Of a stretch of DNA of 64,000 bases, positions 1 to 10,826 are shown piece after piece (the first letter of the stretch is position 1; the number at the start of each line of letters is the position of its first letter). Origin of the DNA: an uncultured delta proteobacterium (lineage in GTDB: Bacteria > Desulfobacterota > Desulfobaccia > Desulfobaccales > 0-14-0-80-60-11); contig CAWETI010000003.1 of NCBI GenBank assembly GCA_963812015.1, positions 2,130,328 to 2,194,327 of the forward strand, given 5' to 3'. The position numbers were made by a program, and so were the translations under genes. The notes below the pieces were generated by a model that saw only the letters and a list, made by a program, of their open reading frames with translations, did not search any database and had not been told where the DNA came from.

Positions 1-234
1 AACGCCGCCCGATATTTGTGGTTTTTTTTCGCCCGGTTTAGCCGGAGGTATTAAGGGCCAGCCGGGAGAGATGTTAACCAAAAGTAAGTAGGTAGGAATA
101 GGAAGGGGGGGCGGCACCCCGGCAAGAGTCCCAGCCCCCCCTTCAGACCAATCCTCATTGCGGCAAGATCGGCCCGGTTTCTTTCTACCAGAACCAGGGC
201 CGAGACGCAAACCGAAAGCGGAAGGAGAATAAAA

Positions 235-2610
235 ATGCGTCGATGGCTCTGGTGCGCAGCGATTTGTGGATTCTCGTGCTTATTGATCCTGGGATTACAG
301 TCGCAAGCGCGGGCTCAAGAAGTGGAAGAAAAGGTCAAGGTCTTGGCCCCGGAAGAGGGCCAGAAGGGGGAACCCCCGGCTACCGTCCAGACTGAAGGCC
401 AAAAAGCGGAAACTCCGACTCCCGCCCCGGCTCCCAAGGAAAAAGCGGAGGCCCTGGAGAAGATCGTGGTGACGGCCACCAGGACCGAGAGGAATCCGGA
501 CGACGTCCCGGCCAGCATTACGATCATCACCAAAGATGACATTAAGAAACAGAACATCCAGACGGTGGACGAGGCCCTGGCCCAGGTCCCCGGGGCCTTC
601 GACCGCCGGGGCAAGGGCTGGCAAGACACCCTGGCTAACGTGAATCTCCGGGGCTTCCCGGGCGATAACCAGAAACGCACCCTGATCCTCTTGGACGGCC
701 AGAATATCTCCACCGCTTACACCAACAACGTGGTCTGGAACAGCATGCCGGTGGAAAATATCGAGCGCATCGAAGTGATCCGGGGGCCGTTTTCCGCCCT
801 CTACGGCGGCAGCGCCATGGGCGGGGTCATCAATATCATCACCAAGACCCCCCAGAAACTGGAAATGCTGGCCCAGGGCAGTTACGGCACCTATGATGCC
901 TGGACCTCTTACCTGGGGGCGGGGGACCGCCTGTGGGATAAAGTGAGCATCCAGGTAGGGTTCAATTCTCGTATCACCACCGGCTACCCCACCAGCCTGG
1001 TGCAAAAAACGACCGCCGCCTTAGCCACTACGACCAAAACCAATGTGGTGGGCTGGCAGCCTACCTTAACCACCACCGGCACCCCCACGAACACCATCGG
1101 CAACACCGGCGATAATAACTGGAAGGATTACAGCTTCAACGGCAAAATCAGCTGGGATATCGCCCCGGGCCATAAGGTCACCTTCAGCACCCTGCAGAGC
1201 TGGTACGACTATGGCTATGCCAGGTACAATTCCTACTTGAACAATTCAGCCACCGGCGCCAGGGTGACTAGTGGGACCGTGGGCTTGTTCGGCACCAATA
1301 CGCAGTTCAGCAGTCTCACCCAAGGCGCCTTCTTGAGCGGCGATGGCCAGAATCAAACCCAGGTTTACAACCTGAATTCCGAACACAAGCTCACGGAGAC
1401 CACCAAAGTCAAGGTCCATGCCGGCCTGGTGAACCAGCCGGACAACTGGTACACCACGCCCAGTTCCTCCAGCGCCCTGACGACGTTCGGCGGCGGCCCG
1501 GGGACCGTGTCCAGCACTCCCAGTCAGAATTGGGTGGGGGAGGTGCAGGTGGACCAGGCCATCGGACAGAAGCAGCAGTTGGTGGGCGGCCTCTCCTATA
1601 ATGCCGGCTGGGCGCGCAACTCGCAATATAACCTGTACGACTGGCGGAGCCCTGGCTCGCATATAAACTTCAGCTCGCTGGGCGGCGGCCGGGACAGCAA
1701 TATCGGGGCCTATCTTCAGGACGAAATCGCCTGGCATCCCAAGTTCAATACGGTGCTGGGGGTGCGGTTGGATCGGTGGGAGACCTTTGGGGGCAGTTAC
1801 ATGAAAGCCACCGGCACTCCTATTGTGGACCTCCCCAGCCGGGACCAAACTGCGGTCAGCCCCAAGCTCGCCGCGCTCTACCGCCCCTGGGAGTGGATGA
1901 CTTGGAAGGCCTCGGTGGGCCGCTCCTTCCGGGCCCCCAATATTTACGAACTCTACGTCACCTGGCAGTCCAGCACCGGCACCCTGTATAAGAGCAACCC
2001 CGATCTTAAACCCGAGACCGCCCTCTCCTGGGAGATCGGCACCACCCTGAAACCCTTTAAAGGGACCACGTTCACCGCCACCTATTTTCAAAATTTCGTC
2101 AATGACTTGATTTACCGGACTACTGATCCTGCCGATCCAACGGGCAAGACCCAGAACTATTTTAATGCCGCCAAGGCCCAGATTCGAGGGGTGGAGATAG
2201 AAATTAACCAGAAGCTCTGGTCCTGGCTGGAAGTCTTCGGCAACACCACCCTGGTGGACCCCAGGATCAAGGAAAACCCCTATAATCCGATTTCGGTGGG
2301 CAAAAATCTCACCTATACCCCCCGGCAGCAATTCAACTTTGGGGTCACGGCTACATACTGGAAGGTCAAGGCCAACCTTTCAGGCCGCTATAACAGCCGA
2401 CTGTCGACCCGGGACGACAACGGCGATTCTGTCTATGGGGTTTACGGCGCCTATGATCCCTTCTTCACCTTGGACTCCAAAATAATCTTTAGCCCCGTGA
2501 AGTATGTGGACATGTCCTTTGCGGTAGATAACATGCTCAACCGGGAATACTACTACTATTACCGCACTCCCGGCCGGACCATCTGGACCATGCTGACGCT
2601 TAAATATTGA
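235..2610 (+). CDS. TonB-dependent outer-membrane receptor (BtuB/CirA-like, probably corrinoid/tetrapyrrole)
   Basis: Signal peptide, TonB-box-like EKIVVTATR, plug motifs (NLRG, IERIEVIRGPFSALYGGSAMGGVINIIT), beta-barrel C-terminus ending in aromatic Y; SD GAAGGAG upstream. Confidence 0.92.
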   Translation: MRRWLWCAAICGFSCLLILGLQSQARAQEVEEKVKVLAPEEGQKGEPPATVQTEGQKAETPTPAPAPKEKAEALEKIVVTATRTERNPDDVPASITIITKDDIKKQNIQTVDEALAQVPGAFDRRGKGWQDTLANVNLRGFPGDNQKRTLILLDGQNISTAYTNNVVWNSMPVENIERIEVIRGPFSALYGGSAMGGVINIITKTPQKLEMLAQGSYGTYDAWTSYLGAGDRLWDKVSIQVGFNSRITTGYPTSLVQKTTAALATTTKTNVVGWQPTLTTTGTPTNTIGNTGDNNWKDYSFNGKISWDIAPGHKVTFSTLQSWYDYGYARYNSYLNNSATGARVTSGTVGLFGTNTQFSSLTQGAFLSGDGQNQTQVYNLNSEHKLTETTKVKVHAGLVNQPDNWYTTPSSSSALTTFGGGPGTVSSTPSQNWVGEVQVDQAIGQKQQLVGGLSYNAGWARNSQYNLYDWRSPGSHINFSSLGGGRDSNIGAYLQDEIAWHPKFNTVLGVRLDRWETFGGSYMKATGTPIVDLPSRDQTAVSPKLAALYRPWEWMTWKASVGRSFRAPNIYELYVTWQSSTGTLYKSNPDLKPETALSWEIGTTLKPFKGTTFTATYFQNFVNDLIYRTTDPADPTGKTQNYFNAAKAQIRGVEIEINQKLWSWLEVFGNTTLVDPRIKENPYNPISVGKNLTYTPRQQFNFGVTATYWKVKANLSGRYNSRLSTRDDNGDSVYGVYGAYDPFFTLDSKIIFSPVKYVDMSFAVDNMLNREYYYYYRTPGRTIWTMLTLKY

Positions 2611-2629
2611 TGGGGGCGGCACACGACTG

Positions 2630-3622
2630 ATGACTGGCAGAAACTTTATAATCTCCCGATGGGCCTGGGTGATGGGCGGATTGGTGCTGCTCCTGGGCCT
2701 CAGCGGGACCATCCTGGGGACCTCCACCGAGAGGCCCGGCCCGGGGGGAGCCCCGGGGCAAAACCTCTCCCGGGAAGCCCACCGGGTGGTCCTCTTCGAA
2801 TGTTACGAAACCGTTGCGGCCCTCCAGGCCTGGGATCGCGTCGTCGGGATTTCCCGCTATGCCTATGACAATGACCTCCTGAAGCGGCTGCTGCCCCATC
2901 TCCGGCAGATTCCCTCGCCTGGCTCCGGCTTCGACGTCAACCTGGAGGCCTTGCTGGCCGTTAAGCCTGACCTGGTGGTGACCTGGACGCGCAAGCCGGA
3001 AACCCTTGAGCACCTGAAACGCCAGGGAATTCCGGTACTCACGTTTTATCCCGAAAGCCTGGTTGACCTGTACCGGGAACTCCAGCAATTGGGCCAGGTG
3101 TTAGGCCAGGAGGCTCGGGCCCGGGAGGTAGCGGGCTCCATGGCCCGGAGCCTGGCCGCCCTGCAAGCGCGCCTGGCCGGGGTGCCGGAAGAATCCTGGC
3201 CCCGGGTGGCATGGCTGTGGGGCAAACCCACCACCATCAATGGGAACCGAGGAGTGATGGCCGAGTTGATCCGGATGGCCGGGGGCCGCAACGTGGGTGC
3301 GCATCTGGATAGTTTGAACCAGGAAATCTCCATGGAGACCATCATCGGGCTGTCTCCTCAAGTGCTGGCCATTTGGGGCTCGGCCTCCTATACCGCCCAG
3401 GACCTGCTCCGGGACCCCAAGTGGTCCTCCACCCCGGCAGTACAAAGCCAGCGGGTATTCAAGGCGGCCCGGGTCTCCACCTGGTCACCCCGGGCGGTGG
3501 TGCTGGCCTGGTGGCTGGGTCACTGCTTTCATCCCCAGGTGATTTCCGCGGTCGACTGGCGTCAGGCCGCCGACGACATTTACCGGCAGTGTTTCGGGAT
3601 TCCCTATGAGGAAGGCCCATGA
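2630..3622 (+). CDS. Periplasmic binding protein, BtuF/TroA-like (iron-siderophore/cobalamin ABC transporter)
   Basis: NLEALLAVKPDLVV, ELIRMAGGRN, PAVQSQRV motifs; position after the receptor. Confidence 0.85.
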   Translation: MTGRNFIISRWAWVMGGLVLLLGLSGTILGTSTERPGPGGAPGQNLSREAHRVVLFECYETVAALQAWDRVVGISRYAYDNDLLKRLLPHLRQIPSPGSGFDVNLEALLAVKPDLVVTWTRKPETLEHLKRQGIPVLTFYPESLVDLYRELQQLGQVLGQEARAREVAGSMARSLAALQARLAGVPEESWPRVAWLWGKPTTINGNRGVMAELIRMAGGRNVGAHLDSLNQEISMETIIGLSPQVLAIWGSASYTAQDLLRDPKWSSTPAVQSQRVFKAARVSTWSPRAVVLAWWLGHCFHPQVISAVDWRQAADDIYRQCFGIPYEEGP

Positions 3623-4620
3623 GGAGTAACTCCTGGCTCTACTGGGGGTTGATCCTATCGCCCCTGCCAGTGTTTCTCCTGGCCCTTCAGGTGGGAGCGT
3701 ATCCCGTCTCCTTGTCCGACCTGTGGCGCCTGCTGGCTCTAACCCCCAGCCAATCGCCTCTGCCGGAGCAGATCCGGGCCATCATCGTGGACGTGCGGTT
3801 GCCCCGGATTGTCCTGGCCATGCTGGTGGGGCTGTCCCTGTCGGTCTCCGGCGCCACCTTGCAGGCGGTGTTCCGCAATCCTCTGGTGGACGCCTTCATC
3901 CTGGGCCTTTCCGCGGGCGCCGCCTTCGGTTGCGCCGTGACCGTAGCCTGGCTGCCCATGGTGCCCATCCAGGTAGGGGCCTTTGTCTGCGGTCTGGTTG
4001 CCGCGGTGCTGACCTTTACTATGGCTCGCATCCGGGGGGAAGTGCCGACCCTGTCGCTGATTCTGGCCGGCGTGGTGGTGTCCGCCTTTTTCACCGCCCT
4101 GGTCTCCATTATCAAGTTTCTGGTGGACCCCATGAAGCTGGCCAGCATTGTGTTCTGGCTCATGGGTAGCCTGGCCCTGGCGGACTGGCCTTCGGTTATC
4201 AAGGTCCTTCCCTGGATGGCGGCGGGGGTCGCCATTCCCTGGCTGGGGCGCTGGCGCCTTAATGCCCTGTCCATGGGGGATGCTGAGGCCAAGGCCCTAG
4301 GAGTTGACGTGGCCCGGGAACGGGGTCTATTTATCCTGGCCGCCTCCGTAGCCGTAGCCGCGGCGGTGTCAGTGAGCGGCATCATCGGCTGGGTGGGACT
4401 GATGATCCCCCACATCGTGCGCATGGCGGTGGGGCCGGACCATCGCCGGGTGATACCTCTGTCCATGGCCGCCGGGGCCAGTTTCCTGGCCCTGTCCGAT
4501 ACCGTGGCCCGCTCTACGGCTTCGGGGGAAATCCCTGTGGGGATTATCACCACTTTGGCCGGCGCCCCCTTTTTCATCTACCTGATGAAAAAAGGCGGTC
4601 AGGATTCCTGGAAGGCATGA
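3619..4620 (+). CDS. FecCD/BtuC-family ABC permease
   Basis: VRLPRI, QAVFRNPLVD, EAKALGV, GIIGWVGLMIPH, EIPVGIIT motifs. Confidence 0.93.
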   Translation: MRSNSWLYWGLILSPLPVFLLALQVGAYPVSLSDLWRLLALTPSQSPLPEQIRAIIVDVRLPRIVLAMLVGLSLSVSGATLQAVFRNPLVDAFILGLSAGAAFGCAVTVAWLPMVPIQVGAFVCGLVAAVLTFTMARIRGEVPTLSLILAGVVVSAFFTALVSIIKFLVDPMKLASIVFWLMGSLALADWPSVIKVLPWMAAGVAIPWLGRWRLNALSMGDAEAKALGVDVARERGLFILAASVAVAAAVSVSGIIGWVGLMIPHIVRMAVGPDHRRVIPLSMAAGASFLALSDTVARSTASGEIPVGIITTLAGAPFFIYLMKKGGQDSWKA

Positions 4621-5384
4621 TCCGGGCCCGCGACCTCCATCTGCGTCTCAACGGGCGAGGCATCCTGAACGGCGTGAGCCTCGCGGCCCATCCCGGGGAG
4701 GTCACGGTGATCGTGGGGCCCAACGGCTCCGGCAAGACCACCCTGATGTTGTGCCTGAGCGGGCAGTTGACGCCGGACCGGGGGGCCATTACCCTGGCGG
4801 ACCACAATCTTAATGGCCTCAAACGCCGTACCCTGGCCCGGATATTGGCCACCGTGCCCCAGGAGCACCATCCCGTATTTCCTTATGCGGTGCGGGAGGT
4901 GATCCTCCTGGGCCGGGTCGCCCGGGTGGGTTATTGGTCGCAACCCGGACCCCGAGATCTGGCGGTGGTGGAGGAAGTTCTCAATCTGCTGCATCTTCAG
5001 CTCCTGGCGGACAAGCCCTATACTCACATCAGCGGCGGGGAGCGGCAACTGGTGCTCATCGGTCGGGCGTTAGCCCAGGAGCCGCAAATCCTCCTGTTGG
5101 ACGAACCCACTAGCCACCTGGATTTTAAAAACCAGGTGCTGATCCTGAAGCTGATCCGGGAGTTGGCTAAAAACCAGGGACTGACGGTGCTGCTCACCCT
5201 GCACGACCCCAACCTGGCGCTGCTCTTTGCCGACCGTGTGGCTCTCCTGGATGAGGGGCGGGTGGTGGCTGAGGGGACTCCCGTCGAGGTCATACACCCT
5301 GAGGCAATGGCCTCGCTCTACGGCATCCCGGTGGAAATGCTGGCCCAGGGAGATAAACGACTGCTGTACCCCAAACTGACATGA
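4617..5384 (+). CDS. ABC ATPase, FepC/BtuD-like
   Basis: Walker A GPNGSGKT, ISGGERQ, LLLDEPTSHLD, LHDPNLA. Confidence 0.93.
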   Translation: MIRARDLHLRLNGRGILNGVSLAAHPGEVTVIVGPNGSGKTTLMLCLSGQLTPDRGAITLADHNLNGLKRRTLARILATVPQEHHPVFPYAVREVILLGRVARVGYWSQPGPRDLAVVEEVLNLLHLQLLADKPYTHISGGERQLVLIGRALAQEPQILLLDEPTSHLDFKNQVLILKLIRELAKNQGLTVLLTLHDPNLALLFADRVALLDEGRVVAEGTPVEVIHPEAMASLYGIPVEMLAQGDKRLLYPKLT

Positions 5385-6214
5385 TCGCCATTTCGAACCT
5401 GACCAAGTATTACAGGAGTATCCTGGCCCTGGAAGATCTGACCCTGGAGATCGGGGCGGGGGAAGTCTTCGGGCTACTGGGTCCCAACGGCGCGGGCAAG
5501 ACCACCACCATCAAGATCCTCACCGCCCTGGCCTTTCCTACCCGGGGGACCGCCCGGATCGCCGGCTTCGACGTGGTCAGGGAGCGCCCCCAGCTGAAAC
5601 CCCTCATCGCCGTTTGCCCTCAAGAGATCAACCTGGACCGGGAACTCACCGCGTTTGAAAACCTCTGGTTTTATGGCCGTCTGTTTAAGGTTCCGGAGAT
5701 CTCCCGCCGCATTATGGAACTCTTGGAATGGGCCCAGTTGGAACAGCGGGCCTATGACCGGGTTAAAGGTTTTTCCGGCGGCATGCAGCGGCGTTTGTTG
5801 ATTGCCCGGGCGCTCATGTCCCGCCCCCGGGTGCTCTTCCTGGATGAGCCCACCGTGGGCCTGGACCCCCAGATTCGGCGGCAACTGTGGGACATGATCC
5901 GGCAACTTCAGGGCGAAGGGATAACGATTCTCCTGACCACCCACTACATCGAGGAAGCCGAATCGCTCTGCGGCCGGGTAGGCGTCCTTAATAAGGGCCG
6001 TCTTATCGCCCTGGATTCCCCCCAAAACCTCACCGCCGGGGTGGGCGGCTATGTGGTGGAATCCGTGAACGGCGCTCGGCGGTCCTATACCTTAGTGAAA
6101 GACCGGGAAGCTGCCTACGCCAGGGCTCAAGAGGAGACCGCGGGCGTGCTTATCCGCCAGGCCAACCTGGAGGATGTCTTTATTCAGCTTACGGGGGAGC
6201 GCCTGAGCCAATGA
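5381..6214 (+). CDS. ABC-2 (DrrA/NodI-like) ATP-binding subunit
   Basis: [46 protein letters not shown]. Confidence 0.92.
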   Translation: MIAISNLTKYYRSILALEDLTLEIGAGEVFGLLGPNGAGKTTTIKILTALAFPTRGTARIAGFDVVRERPQLKPLIAVCPQEINLDRELTAFENLWFYGRLFKVPEISRRIMELLEWAQLEQRAYDRVKGFSGGMQRRLLIARALMSRPRVLFLDEPTVGLDPQIRRQLWDMIRQLQGEGITILLTTHYIEEAESLCGRVGVLNKGRLIALDSPQNLTAGVGGYVVESVNGARRSYTLVKDREAAYARAQEETAGVLIRQANLEDVFIQLTGERLSQ

Positions 6215-6957
6215 CCATGAACTGGGCCACCATCTTTTTAAAGGACATGCTCCTGTTTCAGCGGCGGCTGCTCCGGCTGGGGTATGTGATGTCCACGCTG
6301 TTTGCCCCCCTGCTCTATCTGGTGGCCTTCGGTCTGGGGTTGGGCAAGCAGGTGGCCATGCGCAGCGGGGTAACCTATCTGGATTTTCTCCTGCCCGGGT
6401 TAGTGGCTATGAGTTCCATGACCAACTCCTATACCTGGGTGGCTAACAGCCTGAACATGGGCCGCCTCTACTTCCGCACCTTTCAGATTTATCTGCAGGC
6501 GCCGGTGTCTCCCTGGGAGATCGTCGCCGGCCAGACCCTGGCCGGCATGGTTCGGGGCCTGTTTGCCGCCTCGGTGATCCTGGGCCTGGGATTGGTCCTG
6601 GGGACCCATTTGCATTTCACCCTGTTCTTTGTGCTGGGGCTGCTGCTTAACGGCCTGGTTTTCGCCGCCTTCGGGGTGGTGGTGGGTCTCAAATCCAAAT
6701 CCCATGAGGATACCGCCACTTTCACCAATTTTTTCATACTCCCCATGGCTTTTTTCTGCGGCACCTTTTTCCCTGTGGACTCCATGCCCTGGTGGGCCCA
6801 GAAGATCATCTATCTGCTGCCCTTGACCCATACCAACCAGTTGCTGCGGTCGCCTGTCTGGGGTTCGGAAACTATGGTTTCTCTGGTCTTGTTGGGTGCA
6901 GCCGCCGGTTTCTGCATAGCCCTATCCATCCTGTTCATCCGGAGGTACAGCGAATGA
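6211..6957 (+). CDS. ABC-2 type permease
   Basis: About six hydrophobic segments, YLDFLLPG, GTFFPVDSMPWW, LPLTH motifs. Confidence 0.88.
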   Translation: MTMNWATIFLKDMLLFQRRLLRLGYVMSTLFAPLLYLVAFGLGLGKQVAMRSGVTYLDFLLPGLVAMSSMTNSYTWVANSLNMGRLYFRTFQIYLQAPVSPWEIVAGQTLAGMVRGLFAASVILGLGLVLGTHLHFTLFFVLGLLLNGLVFAAFGVVVGLKSKSHEDTATFTNFFILPMAFFCGTFFPVDSMPWWAQKIIYLLPLTHTNQLLRSPVWGSETMVSLVLLGAAAGFCIALSILFIRRYSE

Positions 6958-9900
6958 CGGATTCGCTCATTAAAGGCGTGGCCATAATGTGGAACGCTTA
7001 TGTGCCCACTCTGGTCAGCGCAGCCCGGGAATTTCCCTGGATAGATCTGAAGGTCTATTCCCACCGCCTGGTGGGGGAAAACCCGGAAGTCCTGGACCGG
7101 GCCTTGCAAGATATGGAGTCCGCCCAATTTATCCTGCTTTATCGCACTCCTGACGCCTTCTGGGAGAGCGTGGACCAGCGACTCAAGCAACTGGCGGACC
7201 ACGTTCCCCTCATCTCCACCGGCGGTGACCCTTCCCTGTGGACCCTGTCGTCGGTGAATCTTGAGATCGCCGCCAATGCCTCTAATTACATTATCCGTAA
7301 CGGCCTGGAGAACTTCCGGCGCCTGCTGGCCTATCTCGGCAAAGAGGTCCTGGGCCGGGAACTGGAGGTTCTGCCGCCCCAGGAGCTTCCCTGGGAAGGG
7401 TTCTATCACCCCCGGGCCCAGGGACATTTTGAGCGTCTGGAAGATTACCTGGCCTGGTACCGGGACCAGGGCTGGTCCCAAGAGCCCCTGGTGGGGATGA
7501 TGTTCTCCCGGGGGGATTGGGTCACCCCCAACCTGGAACTGGAAGATTATCTCATCCAAGCCTTGGAGGCTCGGGGTCTGGGGGTGATCCCGGTGTTCTA
7601 CTATTCCTTCAAAGACGAGAATCTGGGAAACCGGAGCGGCGAAGAGATCATCCGGGATTATTTCCTGAACCACGAGGGCCGCCCCCGGATCGCGGCGCTC
7701 ATCAAGCTCACTGCCTTTCTCCTGGCCAGCCGGCGGGGCACCGGCCGCGACCCGTCCACGGCCCGCCCTGGCCAGGCATTATTGGCGCAACTCGACGTGC
7801 CGGTGATCCAACCCCTCACCTCGTATTACAAGACCACGGCCCAATGGGAGGCAGACCCCCAGGGGCTGGGGGCCGAAGTGGGCTGGAGCCTGGCCCTGCC
7901 GGAATTCGAGGGGGTCATCGAGCCATTGATGGTGGCCGCAGGGCTCTCCCACGAGGAATTGGGGGCCGAACTCATCGCCGGTCGGGGACCCATCCCTAAC
8001 CGGGCGGATCACCTGGCGGAACGGTTGGCGCGCTGGGTCCGCCTGCGGCAGAAAACCTCGACGGCACGCAAGGTGGCCATCATCCTGCACAACAACCCTT
8101 GCGCCTCGGTGGAGGCCTCGGTGGGGGCCGGGGCCCACCTGGACACTTTGGAAAGCACGGCTCGAATCCTCCAGACCCTGAAGCGGGCGGGATATGCCAT
8201 TGAGAATCCCCCCGCGGACGGCAAAGAACTCATCGACACCATCATGGGCCGAAAGGCCATCAGCGAGTTCCGTTGGACCACGGTGGAGGAAATCATCAGC
8301 AAGGGGGGCCACCTGGCCCTGGTGCCGGAAGCTGACTACCGCGCCTGGTTCGGCCTCCTTCCGTCCACCCTGCAGGCGCGCCTCATCGAAGCCTGGGGCG
8401 AGCCCCCCGGCCAGGCCCAAAACGGCATCCCCGCGGCGATGGTCCACCAGGGACAGATCGTGGTCACCGGCGTGCTTTTTGGGAACGCGGTGGTCTGCGT
8501 CCAGCCCAAGCGGGGCTGCGCCGGGGCGCGGTGTGACGGCCGGGTTTGCAAAATCCTCCACGACCCGGATGTGCCGCCGCCCCACCAATATCTGGCCACT
8601 TACCATTATCTGGATAAAGGGTTCGGCGCTGATGTGGTCCTGCACGTGGGCACCCACGGCAACCTGGAGTTTCTGCCGGGAAAGACCGTGGGGCTGTCCG
8701 GGGGTTGCTGCCCCGACGCCGTCCTGGGTCATCTGCCCCATCTTTATATCTACAACGCCGACAACCCGCCGGAAGGCACCATGGCCAAGCGCCGCAGCTA
8801 CGGGGTCCTGGTGGACCATATGCAGACGGTGATGACCTCCTCCGGCCTCTATGATGAACTGGGCGAGTTGGACCGGCTGCTGGGAGAATACGAGCGTTTG
8901 AAGGACTTGGAACCGGGCCGGGCTCACCTGGTGGAGCACCTGATCCTGGAGACCCTGGAGAAGAGCCGCCTCAACCAGCAATTGTCCCTGACCCCGGAGA
9001 TTTCTTTCGATGAGACGGTGCGCCGCATTCATGAGAGCCTGTCGGTGCTGCGCAACACCGCTCTCCCCGATGGCATGCACATCTTCGGGGAATTGCCCCA
9101 GGGGGAACGGCGGGCTGATTTTCTCCACGCCATCCTGCGCTTTCCCGGCGGAGGCCCCTCCTGGCGGCGACTCCTGGCCCGGTTGCTGAAGCTCAATCTG
9201 GAAGACGACGAATCGGGACGGGCCGCGGAGGCCGTGGACCAGGCCGGGCGTACTCTTATCAGCCGTTGGCTGGCGGCCCCGGAGCAGAACCTTACGTCCT
9301 TGATCCGGGAAATCGCTCCGGAAGCGGACCTGGATGCCCTCGAAAGCGACCTGGCCTTCTTCGATACCCGGCTCCAGGACCTGGTGGACCGGCTGGAGGC
9401 TTCCCGGGAGATGGAGGCGCTGCTCCGGGGGTTCGCCGGCGGCTATATCCCCCCCGGACCCTCCGGCCTCATCACCCGGGGCCGGGACGACGTCCTGCCC
9501 ACGGGCCGGAATTTTTACACCCTGGACCCCCAGCGGGTGCCCAGCCGCACCGCCTGGGAGGTGGGGCAGCGCCTGGGCCAAGCCCTCCTGGACAAATACT
9601 TCACCGAAACCGGGGAGTTTCCGGAAAACGTCGCCCTCTTCTGGATGGCCAACGACATCATGTGGGCCGACGGCGAAGGCATGGCCCAGATTATGTACCT
9701 GTTGGGGGTGAAACCCCGCTGGCTAAGCAACGGCCGGGTCCAGGGGTTCGATATCATTCCCTTAAGTGAACTCAACCGCCCCCGCATCGACGTGACGGTA
9801 AGGGTGTCGGGTATCACCCGGGACAATTTCCCCAACTGCGTGGAGTTACTGGATGAAGCCATCCAGGCGGTGGCGGCCCTGCCGGAAGACCCCGCCCAAA

Positions 9901-10826
9901 ATTTGGTCCGGCGCCACAGCCTGGAACTCATGGAGAAACTTGGCCACAACCCCGGGGACGGCGCGGCCTGGCGCCAGGCCACCTATCGCATCTTCGCCAG
10001 CAAACCCGGCACCTACTCCGCCGGCACCCAACTGGCGGTGTACGCCTCCGCCTGGCAGGAGGAGACGGACCTGGCCCAGGTCTTCCTCTACTGGAACAGC
10101 TATGCCTACGGCAAAGATGTCTTCGGCGCCGAAGCCGCTCCGTCCCTGGCCCACGCCCTGAGCCACGCCTCGGTGACCTACAACAAGGCCGTCACCGATG
10201 AGTACGATCTGTTCGGCTGCTGTTCTTATTTTGGCAACCACGGCGGCCTCACCGCCGCGGCCCGGCACCTGTCCGGCAAAGAGGTCAAGACCTATTTCGG
10301 CGACACCCGGGACCCGGAACGGGTGACGGTGCGCCATTTGTCCGAGGAAATCCGGCGGGTGGCCCGGGCCAAGCTCTTGAACCCCAAGTGGATCGACGGC
10401 ATGAAGAACCACGGCTACAAGGGCGCCGGCGAGATCAGCAAACGGGTGGGGCGGGTCTACGGCTGGGAAGCCACCACCCAGGAAGTGGATGACTGGATCT
10501 TTGACGATATCACCCGGACCTTCGTCCTCAACCCGGAAAACCGGGAGTTCTTCCAGAAGGAAAATCCCTGGGCCCTGGAGGAGATCGCCCGGCGCCTGCT
10601 GGAGGCCGAGCAGCGGGGTCTCTGGCAGGCCGATCCCGAAGTCCTGGCGGAACTGAAGCAGCTCTACGTGGAGGTCGAAGGCTGGCTGGAAGAAAATATG
10701 GGAGAGGCCGCGGGGGGCCATTTTCAGGGTGGGGCCGTGGACGTGGTCACCGCCGACGAGGTGGAAACCTGGAAAGCGGCCCTGCACAAGACCCTGGGGA
10801 CAATCTTCACCGGAGGTAAGAAATGA
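6954..10826 (+). CDS. cobN: Cobaltochelatase CobN / BchH-family large chelatase subunit
   Basis: [57 protein letters not shown] motifs; start moved to ATG 6954, which overlaps the upstream TGA (ATGA) and has a GGAGG SD. Confidence 0.92.
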   Translation: MTDSLIKGVAIMWNAYVPTLVSAAREFPWIDLKVYSHRLVGENPEVLDRALQDMESAQFILLYRTPDAFWESVDQRLKQLADHVPLISTGGDPSLWTLSSVNLEIAANASNYIIRNGLENFRRLLAYLGKEVLGRELEVLPPQELPWEGFYHPRAQGHFERLEDYLAWYRDQGWSQEPLVGMMFSRGDWVTPNLELEDYLIQALEARGLGVIPVFYYSFKDENLGNRSGEEIIRDYFLNHEGRPRIAALIKLTAFLLASRRGTGRDPSTARPGQALLAQLDVPVIQPLTSYYKTTAQWEADPQGLGAEVGWSLALPEFEGVIEPLMVAAGLSHEELGAELIAGRGPIPNRADHLAERLARWVRLRQKTSTARKVAIILHNNPCASVEASVGAGAHLDTLESTARILQTLKRAGYAIENPPADGKELIDTIMGRKAISEFRWTTVEEIISKGGHLALVPEADYRAWFGLLPSTLQARLIEAWGEPPGQAQNGIPAAMVHQGQIVVTGVLFGNAVVCVQPKRGCAGARCDGRVCKILHDPDVPPPHQYLATYHYLDKGFGADVVLHVGTHGNLEFLPGKTVGLSGGCCPDAVLGHLPHLYIYNADNPPEGTMAKRRSYGVLVDHMQTVMTSSGLYDELGELDRLLGEYERLKDLEPGRAHLVEHLILETLEKSRLNQQLSLTPEISFDETVRRIHESLSVLRNTALPDGMHIFGELPQGERRADFLHAILRFPGGGPSWRRLLARLLKLNLEDDESGRAAEAVDQAGRTLISRWLAAPEQNLTSLIREIAPEADLDALESDLAFFDTRLQDLVDRLEASREMEALLRGFAGGYIPPGPSGLITRGRDDVLPTGRNFYTLDPQRVPSRTAWEVGQRLGQALLDKYFTETGEFPENVALFWMANDIMWADGEGMAQIMYLLGVKPRWLSNGRVQGFDIIPLSELNRPRIDVTVRVSGITRDNFPNCVELLDEAIQAVAALPEDPAQNLVRRHSLELMEKLGHNPGDGAAWRQATYRIFASKPGTYSAGTQLAVYASAWQEETDLAQVFLYWNSYAYGKDVFGAEAAPSLAHALSHASVTYNKAVTDEYDLFGCCSYFGNHGGLTAAARHLSGKEVKTYFGDTRDPERVTVRHLSEEIRRVARAKLLNPKWIDGMKNHGYKGAGEISKRVGRVYGWEATTQEVDDWIFDDITRTFVLNPENREFFQKENPWALEEIARRLLEAEQRGLWQADPEVLAELKQLYVEVEGWLEENMGEAAGGHFQGGAVDVVTADEVETWKAALHKTLGTIFTGGKK

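Noticed and set aside
1..234. Cobalamin riboswitch upstream of the TonB-dependent receptor
   Set aside because: Hairpins exist (GAAGGGGGG...CCCCCCTTC), but I could not find the conserved GGGAA, GCCCCCGCAACTGT or B12-box elements; a riboswitch could lie upstream of the window
6792..6953. N-terminal extension of cobN as given in the ORF track
   Set aside because: It overlaps the permease gene; ATG 6954 has an SD and the ATGA coupling used throughout the operon
7779..9581. Long antisense ORFs (also 48804-50309, 58410-59771, 60023-61270 and others)
   Set aside because: Shadow frames of GC-rich genes on the opposite strand, with no motifs
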